Source: Marivita sp. (GTDB lineage: Bacteria > Pseudomonadota > Alphaproteobacteria > Rhodobacterales > Rhodobacteraceae). From it: a DNA stretch of 64,000 bases. This document shows, piece by piece, positions 10,260-20,144 of the stretch. The stretch spans positions 40,108 to 104,107 of the forward strand of contig NZ_JBPOFB010000009.1 in assembly GCF_051251565.1 (NCBI RefSeq). The letters run 5' to 3'. The translations under genes and the position numbers were made by a program. Positions within the stretch are counted from its first letter, which is position 1. Each line of letters starts with the position of its first letter. Below the pieces are notes generated by a model. It was not told where the DNA came from. It did not search any database and saw only the letters and a program-made list of their open reading frames with translations.

Positions 10260-10427
10260 CTAACTGCCCTCGCTCGTATTTTTGCTATCTTTCACCTCAT
10301 CTCGCGTCCCCGAGGACCGCGCGCGGGCCTGTGCCTTGCGCTTGGCCATATTCGCCTTGAGCGCGGTTTTGAGCCTGTCTTCCCGCGCCTGTGCCGTCGT
10401 TTTCCCGGATGAGGTTTTCTGCGTCAT
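10260..10427 (-). CDS. Small basic conserved hypothetical protein (55 aa, DUF4169-like), below the ORF-track length cutoff
   Basis: My own translation from ATG 10427-10425: [55 protein letters not shown], stop at 10262-10260. The RLK.ALKANM.KRKAQ pattern recalls small alphaproteobacterial DUF4169 proteins. Confidence 0.45.
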   Translation of the reverse strand: MTQKTSSGKTTAQAREDRLKTALKANMAKRKAQARARSSGTRDEVKDSKNTSEGS

Positions 10428-10526
10428 GACCACTTCCTATCCCAGAGGCTAAAAAGGGTCCAGATTGCGCTTGCACCGATTTCCGTTTGAGTCTAATCAC
10501 CCGCCACGTCGAGTACGACACCCGGC

Positions 10527-10601
10527 GCTGTGGTAGCTCAGTGGCAGAGCACACCCTTGGTAAGGGTGAGGTCGAGAGTTCAATCCTCTCTCACAGCACC
10601 A
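10527..10601 (+). tRNA. tRNA-Thr (anticodon GGT)
   Basis: A cloverleaf folds by eye. Acceptor GCTGTGG/TCACAGC (one G-U pair), D arm GCTC..GAGC, anticodon stem CACCC/GGGTG with loop TTGGTAA, T arm GAGAG-TTCAATC-CTCTC, encoded CCA. Confidence 0.9.
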
Positions 10602-10783
10602 TTTTTCAAAAAATCCATGTAAATTGAGGTATTTACACCCATCTCACGCAAGCACTTATGTGTTTGGTGCGCTAGCGTATTCGAGTTACAAACCCTGACG
10701 TCCGGGGCAACGCACCTATGGCATGCGATGCTGGATCGCCGGGCGGGTGATCTGAAAAAACACGGACATCCTGACGCTCTGCC

Positions 10784-13063
10784 TCAGCTTAAGCCGCGTA
10801 GATACTCCATGACCGCAGGGCGCACGGATTGTTCGCCCGCGTCCCGTGCGTCGTGGATGATCTTGTGCACCACGTCCAGATCACAGCGCCGCAGCAGGTG
10901 TTTGACCGGCCCAACAGAGGCAGGGCGCATGGACAGCGAGGTCAGACCAATCGCGGCAAGGCACAGCGCCTCGACGGGGCGGCCCGCGTCTTCGCCACAA
11001 AACGACAGGCGCGTGTTGGTCGCCGCACACCGCGTGATGATGTTTTCCAAAAAGGTCAGGAAGCTGATATTCAGCGTATCATAGCGGCGGCGGACCCGTT
11101 CGTTTTCCCGGTCCGCAGCAAAGAAGAACTGCTTGAGGTCATTGCCGCCAATCGACAGGAATTCGACCTCTTCGTAGAACTGGTTGCACGCATAGGCGAG
11201 CGACGGCGTCTCGAGCATTGCGCCGATTTCAAGCCGTTCCGGCACAGCGTGGCCCAGCTTTTTCTCACGGGCCAGCGCTTTGTCCACTTCGGCGCGGGCG
11301 GCGGTGTATTCTTCGTATTGCGCCACGAACGGGAACATGATCGACAATGGACGACCATTGGCAGCGCGCAAAAGGGCCTGCAACTGCATCCGCATCACTC
11401 CCGGTTTGTCGAGGCCCACACGGATCGCGCGCCAGCCCAGCGCCGGGTTCGGCTCATCCTGCGCCTTCATATAGGGCAACACCTTGTCCGACCCGATGTC
11501 CAGCGTCCGAAACACCACGCACTTGCCCTTGGCCGCATCCAGGACGCGGGCATAAAGCGATGCCAGCTCGTTGCGCTTGGGCATCTGGCTGCGCACCAGA
11601 AATTGCAGTTCGGTGCGGAAAAGGCCCACACCTTCGGCACCCGAATTTTCAAGTGACGGAAGATCGGCCATCAGACCGGCATTCATATCCAGACGGATCG
11701 TCTTGCCACATAGCGTGATGGCCGGTTTTTCCCGGATCGACGCGTAGCGTTCCTGCGCCTTGGCCTGCATCGCCATCTTATCGCGGAACGCACTGACCAC
11801 GGTGTCGTCGGGACGCAGGTGCACAATACCCTGATCGCCGTCCAACATGACATGATCGCCATTCAGAGCCTCGGCCTGAATGCGTTTCGCATTCACCACC
11901 AACGGGATTGCAAGCGCCCGCGCGACAATCGCCGCATGGCTGCCGACAGAGCCTTCCTCGAGCACGATCCCACGCAACTGACGTCCGTATTCGAGCAGCT
12001 CTCCGGGGCCAATGTTGCGCGCCACAAGGATCGGATTCTCGGGCAGCGCAGCCCCCGTCTGGGCCCCCTGCCCGGTCAGGATGCGCAACAGGCGGTTGGA
12101 CAGGTCATCAAGGTCTTGCAGCCGTTCGCGCAGATAGGCGTCATTGGCCTGCAACATCCGCGCACGGACGTCGGATTGTTCCTTTTCTACAGCGGCTTCG
12201 GCACTCAGGCCCCGGTCGATGTTTTCTTCCATCCGGCGCAACCATCCCTTGGAATTGGCAAACATCCGGTAGGCCTCAAGAACCTGTACCTGCTCGGTAT
12301 CGCCGCTCTCCCTCGTGGCCCCGGCAAGAAGCTGATCCACACTGACGCGCAGGTTTTCCACAGCTTCGTTCAGGCGAAGACTTTCGGTTTCGGGATCGTC
12401 GCCGACAAGGTTGGTCACGACGACACGCGGTTCGTGCAACCAGACATGGCCCTCGGCAGTGCCTTCCTGCGCGGTCGCGCCACGGATCAGGACAGGTTGT
12501 GTATGGCGCGCGCGCAAGGCGGCGCCTTCGCCGACAAACGCGCCCAGCTCGGTCATTTCGGCCAGCACCATGGCGACCACTTCAAGCGCGTAGATCTCAT
12601 CCGCGCTGAACTCCCGGGCGGTCTTGGATTGTACCACCAGCACGCCCAGCTTTTCGCCAAGTCGCTGGATCGGCACCCCGAGAAAGCTGGAATAAATCTC
12701 TTCGCCGGTTTCCGGCATATAGCGGAACCCGCGTGCAGACGGCGCATTGGCGGTGTTGATGATCTTGCCTGTGCGCGCCACCCGCCCCACAAGGCCCTCA
12801 CCCAGCTTCATCCGGGTCTGGTGCACGGATTCGGCGTTCAGGCCCTGCGTTGCGCACAGCTCAAGGGTTTCCTCGTCACGGAACAGGTAGATCGAGCACA
12901 CTTCGGTGCCCATAGAATCAGCCGTCAGATGGGTGATCTGATCCAGCCGTTCTTGGCCGGCGGCTTCGCTGGCCATTGTGTCACGCAACCGCCCAAGCAG
13001 CTTTCGGCTTTCGCTTTCGAATCTGTCTGGCATCTGCCCCACTGCCTTGTCGTTCCTAGACAA
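10784..13063 (-). CDS. ptsP: Phosphoenolpyruvate--protein phosphotransferase PtsP (EI-Ntr) with N-terminal GAF domain
   Basis: 759 aa ORF. GAF-like N-terminus, then PEP-utilising enzyme motifs (GSHAAIVARALAIP, GGNDLKQF). The start could alternatively be the internal MPDRFE. Confidence 0.9.
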   Translation of the reverse strand: MSRNDKAVGQMPDRFESESRKLLGRLRDTMASEAAGQERLDQITHLTADSMGTEVCSIYLFRDEETLELCATQGLNAESVHQTRMKLGEGLVGRVARTGKIINTANAPSARGFRYMPETGEEIYSSFLGVPIQRLGEKLGVLVVQSKTAREFSADEIYALEVVAMVLAEMTELGAFVGEGAALRARHTQPVLIRGATAQEGTAEGHVWLHEPRVVVTNLVGDDPETESLRLNEAVENLRVSVDQLLAGATRESGDTEQVQVLEAYRMFANSKGWLRRMEENIDRGLSAEAAVEKEQSDVRARMLQANDAYLRERLQDLDDLSNRLLRILTGQGAQTGAALPENPILVARNIGPGELLEYGRQLRGIVLEEGSVGSHAAIVARALAIPLVVNAKRIQAEALNGDHVMLDGDQGIVHLRPDDTVVSAFRDKMAMQAKAQERYASIREKPAITLCGKTIRLDMNAGLMADLPSLENSGAEGVGLFRTELQFLVRSQMPKRNELASLYARVLDAAKGKCVVFRTLDIGSDKVLPYMKAQDEPNPALGWRAIRVGLDKPGVMRMQLQALLRAANGRPLSIMFPFVAQYEEYTAARAEVDKALAREKKLGHAVPERLEIGAMLETPSLAYACNQFYEEVEFLSIGGNDLKQFFFAADRENERVRRRYDTLNISFLTFLENIITRCAATNTRLSFCGEDAGRPVEALCLAAIGLTSLSMRPASVGPVKHLLRRCDLDVVHKIIHDARDAGEQSVRPAVMEYLRGLS

Positions 13064-13250
13064 TTATAGGCCCAGCCGTCGGGCGGGGAAAGCCGCTAAT
13101 CGGGGGGAGGTCGAACACAGCACCATCCGCAGCGTGATAGGCAACATGGTGCCCGGTGCACCGAAAGGTGATCCAGACGTGATTGGCGCTGTGTCGGGAA
13201 TGGGCCGAAGGTGACACCACATTGATCATTCCGCTGCGAAAGGATCCGCC

Positions 13251-14639
13251 ATGACACGCCCCCGACCGTTCTGCCCTGACAGATTTCTGATGTCCTACGC
13301 GCTGGCGCTTGGCGTGCTTTTGACCAGCCCAAGCGCAGAGGCACAAACCACCGCGCCCCTGCCGGATCACGTGATTGAGGCCTTTGGCCAACCTCCGGCA
13401 CTCCCCAAAGGTGACTTCACCGACGCGGTGCAAGCTGCGGTGCAGGTGGCCTTTGTCGACAGTATTGCCACCTCAAGCTGGGGGCCTGATCAGGTCGTCG
13501 CCTTGGACGAGATCAGCGCATCCCAAGACCCGCGCATCGCTTGGATCATCAGCGACATGATGCGCTTTGTTCAGGGCGGCGCGTTAACAGCGGAACTGGC
13601 GCAAACCGCCGCCCAATTGCTGGCTATCGAGACACCGCACCGCAACCAGTGGGGCGTGATCACCGATCACCTGATGGCGTGGGACATCCCTGCACCACCG
13701 GGCTATCTGCCGATCAAACGCGCAATCTTTACCAAGGCTGTGCCGGGGTGGGACCGCATCTTTGTCGAGGGCGACATCGACTGGCGTTTTGTGTCCTGGG
13801 GCGGCGTTCTGATCGACGATCGCGCCTATGACACCACAGATGCGCGCTGCAATTGCATCCCCGCCGCCGACAATCCCGATGTGATCGCCGCCGAGGATGC
13901 AAAATGGCTGCGCGACACTGACATCGTGTTCGGAATCGAGATCAACGGCGAGGCACGGGCCTATCCACGGCGCATCATGGAGGTGCGCGAAATGATCAAT
14001 GACACCTTGGGCGGACGCGATCTTGGCATCCCGTACTGCACCCTGTGCGGGGCCGCGCAGGCCTATTTCACCGATCGCATGCCCGACGGCGTAGACCGCC
14101 CCGTCCTGCGCACCTCTGGGCTGCTGATCCGGTCCAACAAGGTCATGTATGATATCGAAACCTACTCCGTGTTCGACACGTTTCTAGGCCACGCTGTGAC
14201 CGGACCGCTGGCCGACAAGGGGATCAAACTGGAACAGGCCACGGTGATCACCACCGATTGGGGCACATGGCAACGGGACTACCCGCACACCACCGTTCTG
14301 ACCGAGGCGCTGGCGCTGGGGCGCAATTTCGACTTCCGCAATGGCCGTGACGCGGATGGGCCAATCTTTCCGGTGGGGGATGTCGACCCGCGCCTGCCTG
14401 TGCATGAAGATATCATTGGCGCAATCACCGCATCGGGCAAACCCATCGCCTTTCAACGCAGCGCGGCGGACCTTGCGCTGCAAAACGGCCAGGAGATCAC
14501 ATTCGAAAACCTGCGGCTTGAACTGGCCGCAGGCGGCGTCAAAGCGGTGACTGCCGACGGATCAGACGCGGGCAGCCATCAGGCCTTTTGGTTCGCGTGG
14601 TCGCAGTTTTACCCGAACACAGAGCTTTGGTCAGGATGA
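13251..14639 (+). CDS. Secreted DUF3179-domain protein
   Basis: 462 aa ORF with a signal-peptide-like N-terminus (ALALGVLLTSPSAEAQ). The YPRRIMEVREMINDTLGG...CTLCG pattern is remembered from DUF3179. Confidence 0.6.
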   Translation: MTRPRPFCPDRFLMSYALALGVLLTSPSAEAQTTAPLPDHVIEAFGQPPALPKGDFTDAVQAAVQVAFVDSIATSSWGPDQVVALDEISASQDPRIAWIISDMMRFVQGGALTAELAQTAAQLLAIETPHRNQWGVITDHLMAWDIPAPPGYLPIKRAIFTKAVPGWDRIFVEGDIDWRFVSWGGVLIDDRAYDTTDARCNCIPAADNPDVIAAEDAKWLRDTDIVFGIEINGEARAYPRRIMEVREMINDTLGGRDLGIPYCTLCGAAQAYFTDRMPDGVDRPVLRTSGLLIRSNKVMYDIETYSVFDTFLGHAVTGPLADKGIKLEQATVITTDWGTWQRDYPHTTVLTEALALGRNFDFRNGRDADGPIFPVGDVDPRLPVHEDIIGAITASGKPIAFQRSAADLALQNGQEITFENLRLELAAGGVKAVTADGSDAGSHQAFWFAWSQFYPNTELWSG

Positions 14640-14674
14640 TCAGACCAGACCACGCGACACAGCCAACACGCTGA

Positions 14675-15913
14675 TCAGGAGGCCTTTTCCAGCTCGAACG
14701 CGTCGTGCAGCGCCTGAACGGCAAGTTCCATGTACTTGCGATCAATCAGCACCGAGATTTTGATCTCGGACGTGGTGATCACCTTGATGTTGATGCCTTC
14801 CTTGGCCAGCACCTGGAACATCTTGGCAGCCACGCCCGTGTGACTGCGCATGCCGATCCCAACCACTGACACCTTGGCCACAGCGGTATCGGCCACGATA
14901 TCGTGGAAATTGATGTCCCCGCGCGCCTTGGCGTCGATCATCGCCTTTTCCGCGCGCGGCACCTGATTGGTCGGGCACGAGAACGTCATATCCGTGCGCC
15001 CCTCTTCCGAGATGTTCTGCACGATCATATCGACATTCACGCCCGCCTCGGACAGCGGTGTAAAGATTGCCGCCGCGATGCCGGGACGGTCGGCGACCGA
15101 CACCAGCGTCATCTTGGCCTCGTCGCGGGAATAGGCCACGCCTGCCACTACATTGCTTTCCATGATGTCCTCCTCGTCGCAGACCAATGTTCCTGCGTCG
15201 TCAGATTGTTCCTCGAAACTGCTCAGCACCCGCAGTTTCACCTTATAGCGCATTGCCAATTCGACAGAGCGGGTTTGCAGAACCTTTGCCCCCAACGATG
15301 CAAGCTCCAGCATTTCCTCGAACGCGATCCGGTCCAGTTTGCGGGCCTTGTCGCAGATGCGCGGGTCGGTGGTATAGACGCCGTCCACATCGGTATAGAT
15401 ATCACAGCGCTCGGCCCCGAAGGCGGCAGCAAACGCAACCGCCGTGGTGTCCGATCCACCGCGCCCCAGCGTGGTGATCCGGCCCTCGGGGCTGATCCCC
15501 TGGAACCCAGCGACCACGGCAACCCGCATGCCTTCGCCAAACTTGCGCGTGATGTTTTCCGGCGGGATGTCTTCGATCCGGGCCGATGAATGCGCCGAGG
15601 TGGTTTTCACCGGCACTTGCCAGCCCTGCCAGCTGCGGGCCGGCACGTCCATTTCCTGCAAGGTCAGGGCCATTAGGCCCGCAGTGACGTTTTCACCTGA
15701 AGACACCACGGCGTCGTATTCGCGCGCATCGAACAGCGGCGAGGTTTCCTCGACAAAGCCAACAAGCTTGTTCGTCTCACCAGACATGGCAGACACAATG
15801 ACAATCACGTCATAGCCTTTGGACACTTCGACGCCGACACGTTTGGCCGCGCGCTTGATCCGATCAAGCGTGGCAACAGACGTTCCGCCGAATTTCATCA
15901 CGAGAACGGGCAT
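14675..15913 (-). CDS. lysC: Aspartate kinase LysC
   Basis: MPVLVMKFGGTSVA start, with GGAGG 9 nt upstream of the ATG at 15913. Two C-terminal ACT-like regions. The ORF-track start at 15976 is likely an extension. Confidence 0.93.
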   Translation of the reverse strand: MPVLVMKFGGTSVATLDRIKRAAKRVGVEVSKGYDVIVIVSAMSGETNKLVGFVEETSPLFDAREYDAVVSSGENVTAGLMALTLQEMDVPARSWQGWQVPVKTTSAHSSARIEDIPPENITRKFGEGMRVAVVAGFQGISPEGRITTLGRGGSDTTAVAFAAAFGAERCDIYTDVDGVYTTDPRICDKARKLDRIAFEEMLELASLGAKVLQTRSVELAMRYKVKLRVLSSFEEQSDDAGTLVCDEEDIMESNVVAGVAYSRDEAKMTLVSVADRPGIAAAIFTPLSEAGVNVDMIVQNISEEGRTDMTFSCPTNQVPRAEKAMIDAKARGDINFHDIVADTAVAKVSVVGIGMRSHTGVAAKMFQVLAKEGINIKVITTSEIKISVLIDRKYMELAVQALHDAFELEKAS

Positions 15914-15999
15914 AGAAAAGGGGCCTCCCGGGTCAGACTCAGCGGGTGCTTTACGTTGGGTGGCGGTGTCGCGCAAGGGCGGAGCGTGTCGCGGGCACG

Positions 16000-16446
16000 C
16001 TATGTGCCCCGATAATCCACAGCCCGAAACCCGCCGCTGTTAAGATGGGTTTCCGCGCCGGGTACGACATCGGTGTTTTGCGCCGACACTGCCTGCCACC
16101 CACCGGCCATGCGGCGCAACACAAAACTCAGGATTGTCTGACGGTCGCCCGCATTGGTTCCGGCCGGGGCCATCTGACCCGTCAACCGGAACCGGCACTG
16201 CACAACGGCATGATCCGGGCCCAGCAGCCGGGTTGTGGTGACACCCGGTGTCAGAACCGTTTCCGCAAAAAATGATTTGAGCGCATAGTCATGCGCCTTG
16301 GCAATCGCCGCCCGATCCCGCCACCAAAGCCCAGTGACGTTCACGAAATCTGCATCTTCGGCAAAAAGCGCACCAATCTGGTGCCCATCCCGGCTGTGCC
16401 ACGCTGCGGCAAAGGCAGTTGGAAAATCCTCGGGGGCTGCGACCAT
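16000..16446 (-). CDS. SgcJ/EcaC-type NTF2-like (SnoaL/DUF4440) protein
   Basis: AWHSRDGHQIGALFAEDADFVNVTGLWWRDRAAI is typical of the SgcJ/EcaC family. The start was chosen at MVAAPED, where the ATG shares one base with the upstream SDR stop (TGATG). Confidence 0.7.
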   Translation of the reverse strand: MVAAPEDFPTAFAAAWHSRDGHQIGALFAEDADFVNVTGLWWRDRAAIAKAHDYALKSFFAETVLTPGVTTTRLLGPDHAVVQCRFRLTGQMAPAGTNAGDRQTILSFVLRRMAGGWQAVSAQNTDVVPGAETHLNSGGFRAVDYRGT

Positions 16447-17099
16447 CAAAACGGCATCGCGTCGCCGTTCCACATCTCGAAACACCCCGTGGTGTCCATC
16501 GACAGCGCGTCAAACCGCTGCAACAGCCCTGTAGAGGACTCGTCCGTGCCGATGGTAGCAGCGCTTGTGCCCATATCGGTGCGAACCCAGCCGGGGTGAT
16601 AAATACCCACCGGGATGCCTTCGGATCGAAGATCAACCGCAAGGTTGCGCCCAAGGTTCAGTGCCGCCGATTTGGACGCGCGGTAGATATAGCTTTGCCC
16701 TTTGGCCCGGGTGTTCGACCCCATTTGCGACGAGATGATCGCCAGCTTGGGTGCCGACGCACGCCTGAGATGCGGCAGAAACGCCATCGTCGTCAGGTAG
16801 ACACCCGTGACATTGGTGGCAAACGTATCGGCCCAAAGCTGCGGGTCGGTCAGCGCATCCGCCGCCATGCCCCTTTCAAGGTAGACGCCTGCATTGCAGA
16901 CCAAAAGATCAATGGGCGTGTCCGACAACCGCCCGGCAAGTGCCGCACAGCTTTGCGGGTCACGTACATCCAGCGGCAAAAGCGTGTCATGACCCGCCCC
17001 GCGCACAGTGCCCATGGCCGTGTCACCCCGGCCTTGAGCCGCCGTCAAAAGTGCCGCGCCAATTCCGCGATTGGCCCCGGTGATCAGAATATTCATCAA
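16446..17099 (-). CDS. Short-chain dehydrogenase/reductase (SDR)
   Basis: ILITGANRGIGAAL cofactor motif and YRASKSAAL catalytic Y-x3-K. Confidence 0.9.
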   Translation of the reverse strand: MMNILITGANRGIGAALLTAAQGRGDTAMGTVRGAGHDTLLPLDVRDPQSCAALAGRLSDTPIDLLVCNAGVYLERGMAADALTDPQLWADTFATNVTGVYLTTMAFLPHLRRASAPKLAIISSQMGSNTRAKGQSYIYRASKSAALNLGRNLAVDLRSEGIPVGIYHPGWVRTDMGTSAATIGTDESSTGLLQRFDALSMDTTGCFEMWNGDAMPF

Positions 17100-17530
17100 T
17101 TGGACTTTCGCGTCGGGGTAAAGGGCAACGGCGCGATCTTCACGCCATCCTCGACCAGCTTCTTGGCTTCGTCACCCCGCGTCTCGCCCCAGATGGGGCG
17201 CTGCGGCGCGTCGCCGGTGTGGATCGCACGGGCCTCATTGGCAAAATTGGTGCCAACGTAATCCGAATTCTTCTCAACGTATTTCTTGAACTCGGCCAAG
17301 GCCTGTTCCGCCGGGTTCGCCGGTTCCGACAGCTTGGGCTTGGCTGGCACCGGTGCCGCCTTTTCCGCCGTGCTCACCCTTGGGGCCATCATCGCCTTGC
17401 TGACCTTGGTTGATCCGCACACCGCGCAGCCGACCATGCCCGCCGCATGCAGCTTGTCAAAGGCCGATCCCGATTGGAACCAGCTGTCAAAGTGATGGTC
17501 ATTGGCGCATTTCAGGGTGAACTGGATCAT
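17096..17530 (-). CDS. DUF1178 family protein
   Basis: MIQFTLKCANDHHFDSWFQS N-terminus and a CxxC zinc-ribbon-like pattern, typical of DUF1178. Confidence 0.65.
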   Translation of the reverse strand: MIQFTLKCANDHHFDSWFQSGSAFDKLHAAGMVGCAVCGSTKVSKAMMAPRVSTAEKAAPVPAKPKLSEPANPAEQALAEFKKYVEKNSDYVGTNFANEARAIHTGDAPQRPIWGETRGDEAKKLVEDGVKIAPLPFTPTRKSN

Positions 17531-17605
17531 TGCGGTGCCTGTGAAAGGTCGTCTGTCGGATATCCTAGGGATAATTCGTTAGAAATAAACGTCCTTGTCC
17601 GGACA

Positions 17606-18820
17606 TCAAGCATCAAGCACCGCCAGGATCGCTTGCATCAACCCGTCGATATCGGTGTCTTGATGCAGCGCGCGTTGCCCCGCCTGCCCCAGTTGCACCT
17701 GCACATCCGGCGCGGACAAGGCATTCAACGCCTCGGCCAGGCCGCTCGCATCCGCTACCAAACGCGCCGCGCCCTGCTCCGCCAATCGGGCATATGCCGC
17801 GCGGAAATTGGCTATGTCTGCCCCGTGCAAAATGGCCGATCCAAAAGCCGCAGGCTCATAGGGTGTGTGCCCGCCGCGATCCGTCCATGACCCGGCCACA
17901 AAGGTCACACCCGCCAGCGCGTACCACAGATGCATCTCGCCCAGCGTGTCGGCCAGATAGACCTGCGCGCCTGCCGGATCGTCGCCGGAGCTGCGCCGCG
18001 CACAGGTGAACCCTGCCGCCGCGATCAGCTCTGCCACCGCGTCCGCCCGTTTGGGGTGCCGGGGTGCGAGGATCAGCTTTAGTCCCGGCCGCGTGGCCAA
18101 CGCGGCCCTATGTGCGGCCAAAACTGCAGCCTCGTCCCCATCATGGGTGGATGCCGCAAGCCATGTGTCGTGACGGGGAAACGCTCTGCTAAGGCCCACA
18201 TCCGGGGCGCCCTCAGGCGGCGAATACAGCGCCTTGAGGTCAACCACCGGCCCACGCGCCTCTGGAGCCAAACCCAGCGCCGCAAACCGCGTGGCCGATC
18301 CTGCATCCTGCGCTGACAGGAACCGCACCTGCGCCAACACGCGGCGTACCAAGACCGCAAACCGCGCCCAGCCCTTGGCCGATCGTTCGGTGAGCCGACC
18401 ACCCAGCACCAGAACCGGGCCAGGCGTGTTCAGAATGCGAACCGGCCAAAGATCAGCTTCCAGCGTGATATGCGCTGTGATCTGCCATCTGCGCATCACC
18501 CGCCGCGTCGGCCCCGGCAGGTCCACCGGTGCAAGCATGACCTGCGTTTGCGCCAGTCCCCAGCTTTGGCCCAGCGCCACCGCACTGTCGGTGTTCACCG
18601 TGATCAACATATGCCGCCCGTCTGCAATCAGCCGATCAATCACAGGCCGCGCCGAGGCAAGTTCGCCATTCGACGCCGCATGCAGCCAAATCCGTGCACC
18701 CCCAACCCGAGGAGCAATAATCCCCAACCGCGCCCTCACCGCCGCAACATCGCGCGCCACAGCACGCGACACGATCTCGCGCGCGGCAAGAAGCGTCATC
18801 AGGAAGCGGTATAAAAGCAC
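17606..18820 (-). CDS. waaA: 3-deoxy-D-manno-octulosonic acid (Kdo) transferase WaaA/KdtA-like
   Basis: 404 aa ORF. WLHAASNGELASARPVI resembles the WaaA N-terminal HA(A/S)S.GE motif. A glycosyltransferase gene is adjacent. Confidence 0.7.
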   Translation of the reverse strand: MLLYRFLMTLLAAREIVSRAVARDVAAVRARLGIIAPRVGGARIWLHAASNGELASARPVIDRLIADGRHMLITVNTDSAVALGQSWGLAQTQVMLAPVDLPGPTRRVMRRWQITAHITLEADLWPVRILNTPGPVLVLGGRLTERSAKGWARFAVLVRRVLAQVRFLSAQDAGSATRFAALGLAPEARGPVVDLKALYSPPEGAPDVGLSRAFPRHDTWLAASTHDGDEAAVLAAHRAALATRPGLKLILAPRHPKRADAVAELIAAAGFTCARRSSGDDPAGAQVYLADTLGEMHLWYALAGVTFVAGSWTDRGGHTPYEPAAFGSAILHGADIANFRAAYARLAEQGAARLVADASGLAEALNALSAPDVQVQLGQAGQRALHQDTDIDGLMQAILAVLDA

Positions 18821-18849
18821 AGGCTGTCCCGTCGGATCGCCGCGTCAGA

Positions 18850-20028
18850 TCAGGACGACGCGCGCGTTTTGGAAATGTAGTAGCTGCCCGGCGGAATGGT
18901 CAGCGTTCCCTGAATATGCCGCTCAAGAATCTTGAGCAGGATGTGGTTGTCAAACCGTTCCTCTGCAGCTTTGCGGGCGCGGATCGACATTGCCATCGGA
19001 TCGGGCACCGCAATCGCCGCGGCAATCGCCGCGCCAAATCCGGCCTCGTCATGTTCATCGACCAAAAACCCGGTGACGCCTTCGTCAATCGCTTCGGGGA
19101 TACCCGCATGCCGCGTGGACACGGTGATACAGCCGCAGGCCATTGCCTCCTGAATGGCGGTGGGCAGACCTTCGGTGTTGCCATCCCGCGCCGTGACCGA
19201 ATGCTGCAAAAAGAACTGCGTGCTCATCAACCGGTCGCGCACCGTATGATGCGGCTGTGCGCCATGAAACCGCAGCTTCTTGGAAATCCCAAGATCTTCG
19301 GCAAGGGCGCGTGTCGCCTCCATCAACGGGCCATCACCGATGAAATCCAGCCGCGCATCGGCAAGATCCCGCGTCGCCTCGGCAAAGGCGCGCAACGTGG
19401 TCATCGGGGCTTTTTTCTCAACAAAGCGCCCCACAGCCAGAAAGCTAAGCGGCACCTTGGCCTGCGGCGCAAACCGCCGGATATCCACACCGGACGGAAT
19501 AACGGTGCTGTTGGGATGCGAAATTCCGTGTTTGTCGAGGTTTTCCAAAAGAAAGCGCGACACCGAAAACACCCCCGCCAGACGCGGCATCATCTTGCGA
19601 TAGGCCGACCGCATCCGTTCCGTTCGGATCGCCTTGGACGCATCAGTGCCCCTGAAATAGGTAAAGATCGGAATGTCCAAAGCGTTGGCCAACGGTGCCA
19701 GCGCCAGCGCTTGCGTGCCAAACTCCGCAAGGATCACATCAACCCGCTCGTCGCGCAGAAACTTGATCAGCGCTTCCTTCGCCTCTCCGAACGGCAGGCG
19801 CGATGTGCCGTGCCGCATACGGTTGCGCAAAAGCCACCAGGGAGCCACCATGACATCGCGCCCCGAAAGGCCATCGCGCCGCACAAAATACGGCTTGCCA
19901 TAGGGGTTGTCCCCCCGAAACCGGCCACAAACCACAACTGTATTGCCACCGAACAGGTGTTCGATGTGGCGGTTGATGAAGGTCTCACCGCCAAGATGAT
20001 ATTCGCCAGTTGCAATGGCTACGCGCAT
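18850..20028 (-). CDS. Glycosyltransferase family 4 (GT-B, GT1 superfamily)
   Basis: 392 aa ORF with the C-terminal EGLPTAIQEAMACGCITVSTRHAGIPE E-x7-E motif. Confidence 0.85.
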   Translation of the reverse strand: MRVAIATGEYHLGGETFINRHIEHLFGGNTVVVCGRFRGDNPYGKPYFVRRDGLSGRDVMVAPWWLLRNRMRHGTSRLPFGEAKEALIKFLRDERVDVILAEFGTQALALAPLANALDIPIFTYFRGTDASKAIRTERMRSAYRKMMPRLAGVFSVSRFLLENLDKHGISHPNSTVIPSGVDIRRFAPQAKVPLSFLAVGRFVEKKAPMTTLRAFAEATRDLADARLDFIGDGPLMEATRALAEDLGISKKLRFHGAQPHHTVRDRLMSTQFFLQHSVTARDGNTEGLPTAIQEAMACGCITVSTRHAGIPEAIDEGVTGFLVDEHDEAGFGAAIAAAIAVPDPMAMSIRARKAAEERFDNHILLKILERHIQGTLTIPPGSYYISKTRASS

Positions 20029-20144
20029 GAAAACGGGGCCCGATAGTAAACCGACTTCCTAGGTAACAGCGCAATATGGCACCAGCAAGGCTGAACGGTC
20101 CCAACCCTGCCGCTTGGGCCATAGGCGGACGCACCAAAGCGCAC

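Noticed and set aside
10297-10554. 85-aa minus-strand ORF between murA and ptsP.
   Set aside because: It overlaps the 5' end of tRNA-Thr and has a random-looking composition. A different-frame 55-codon ORF in the same region looks more protein-like.
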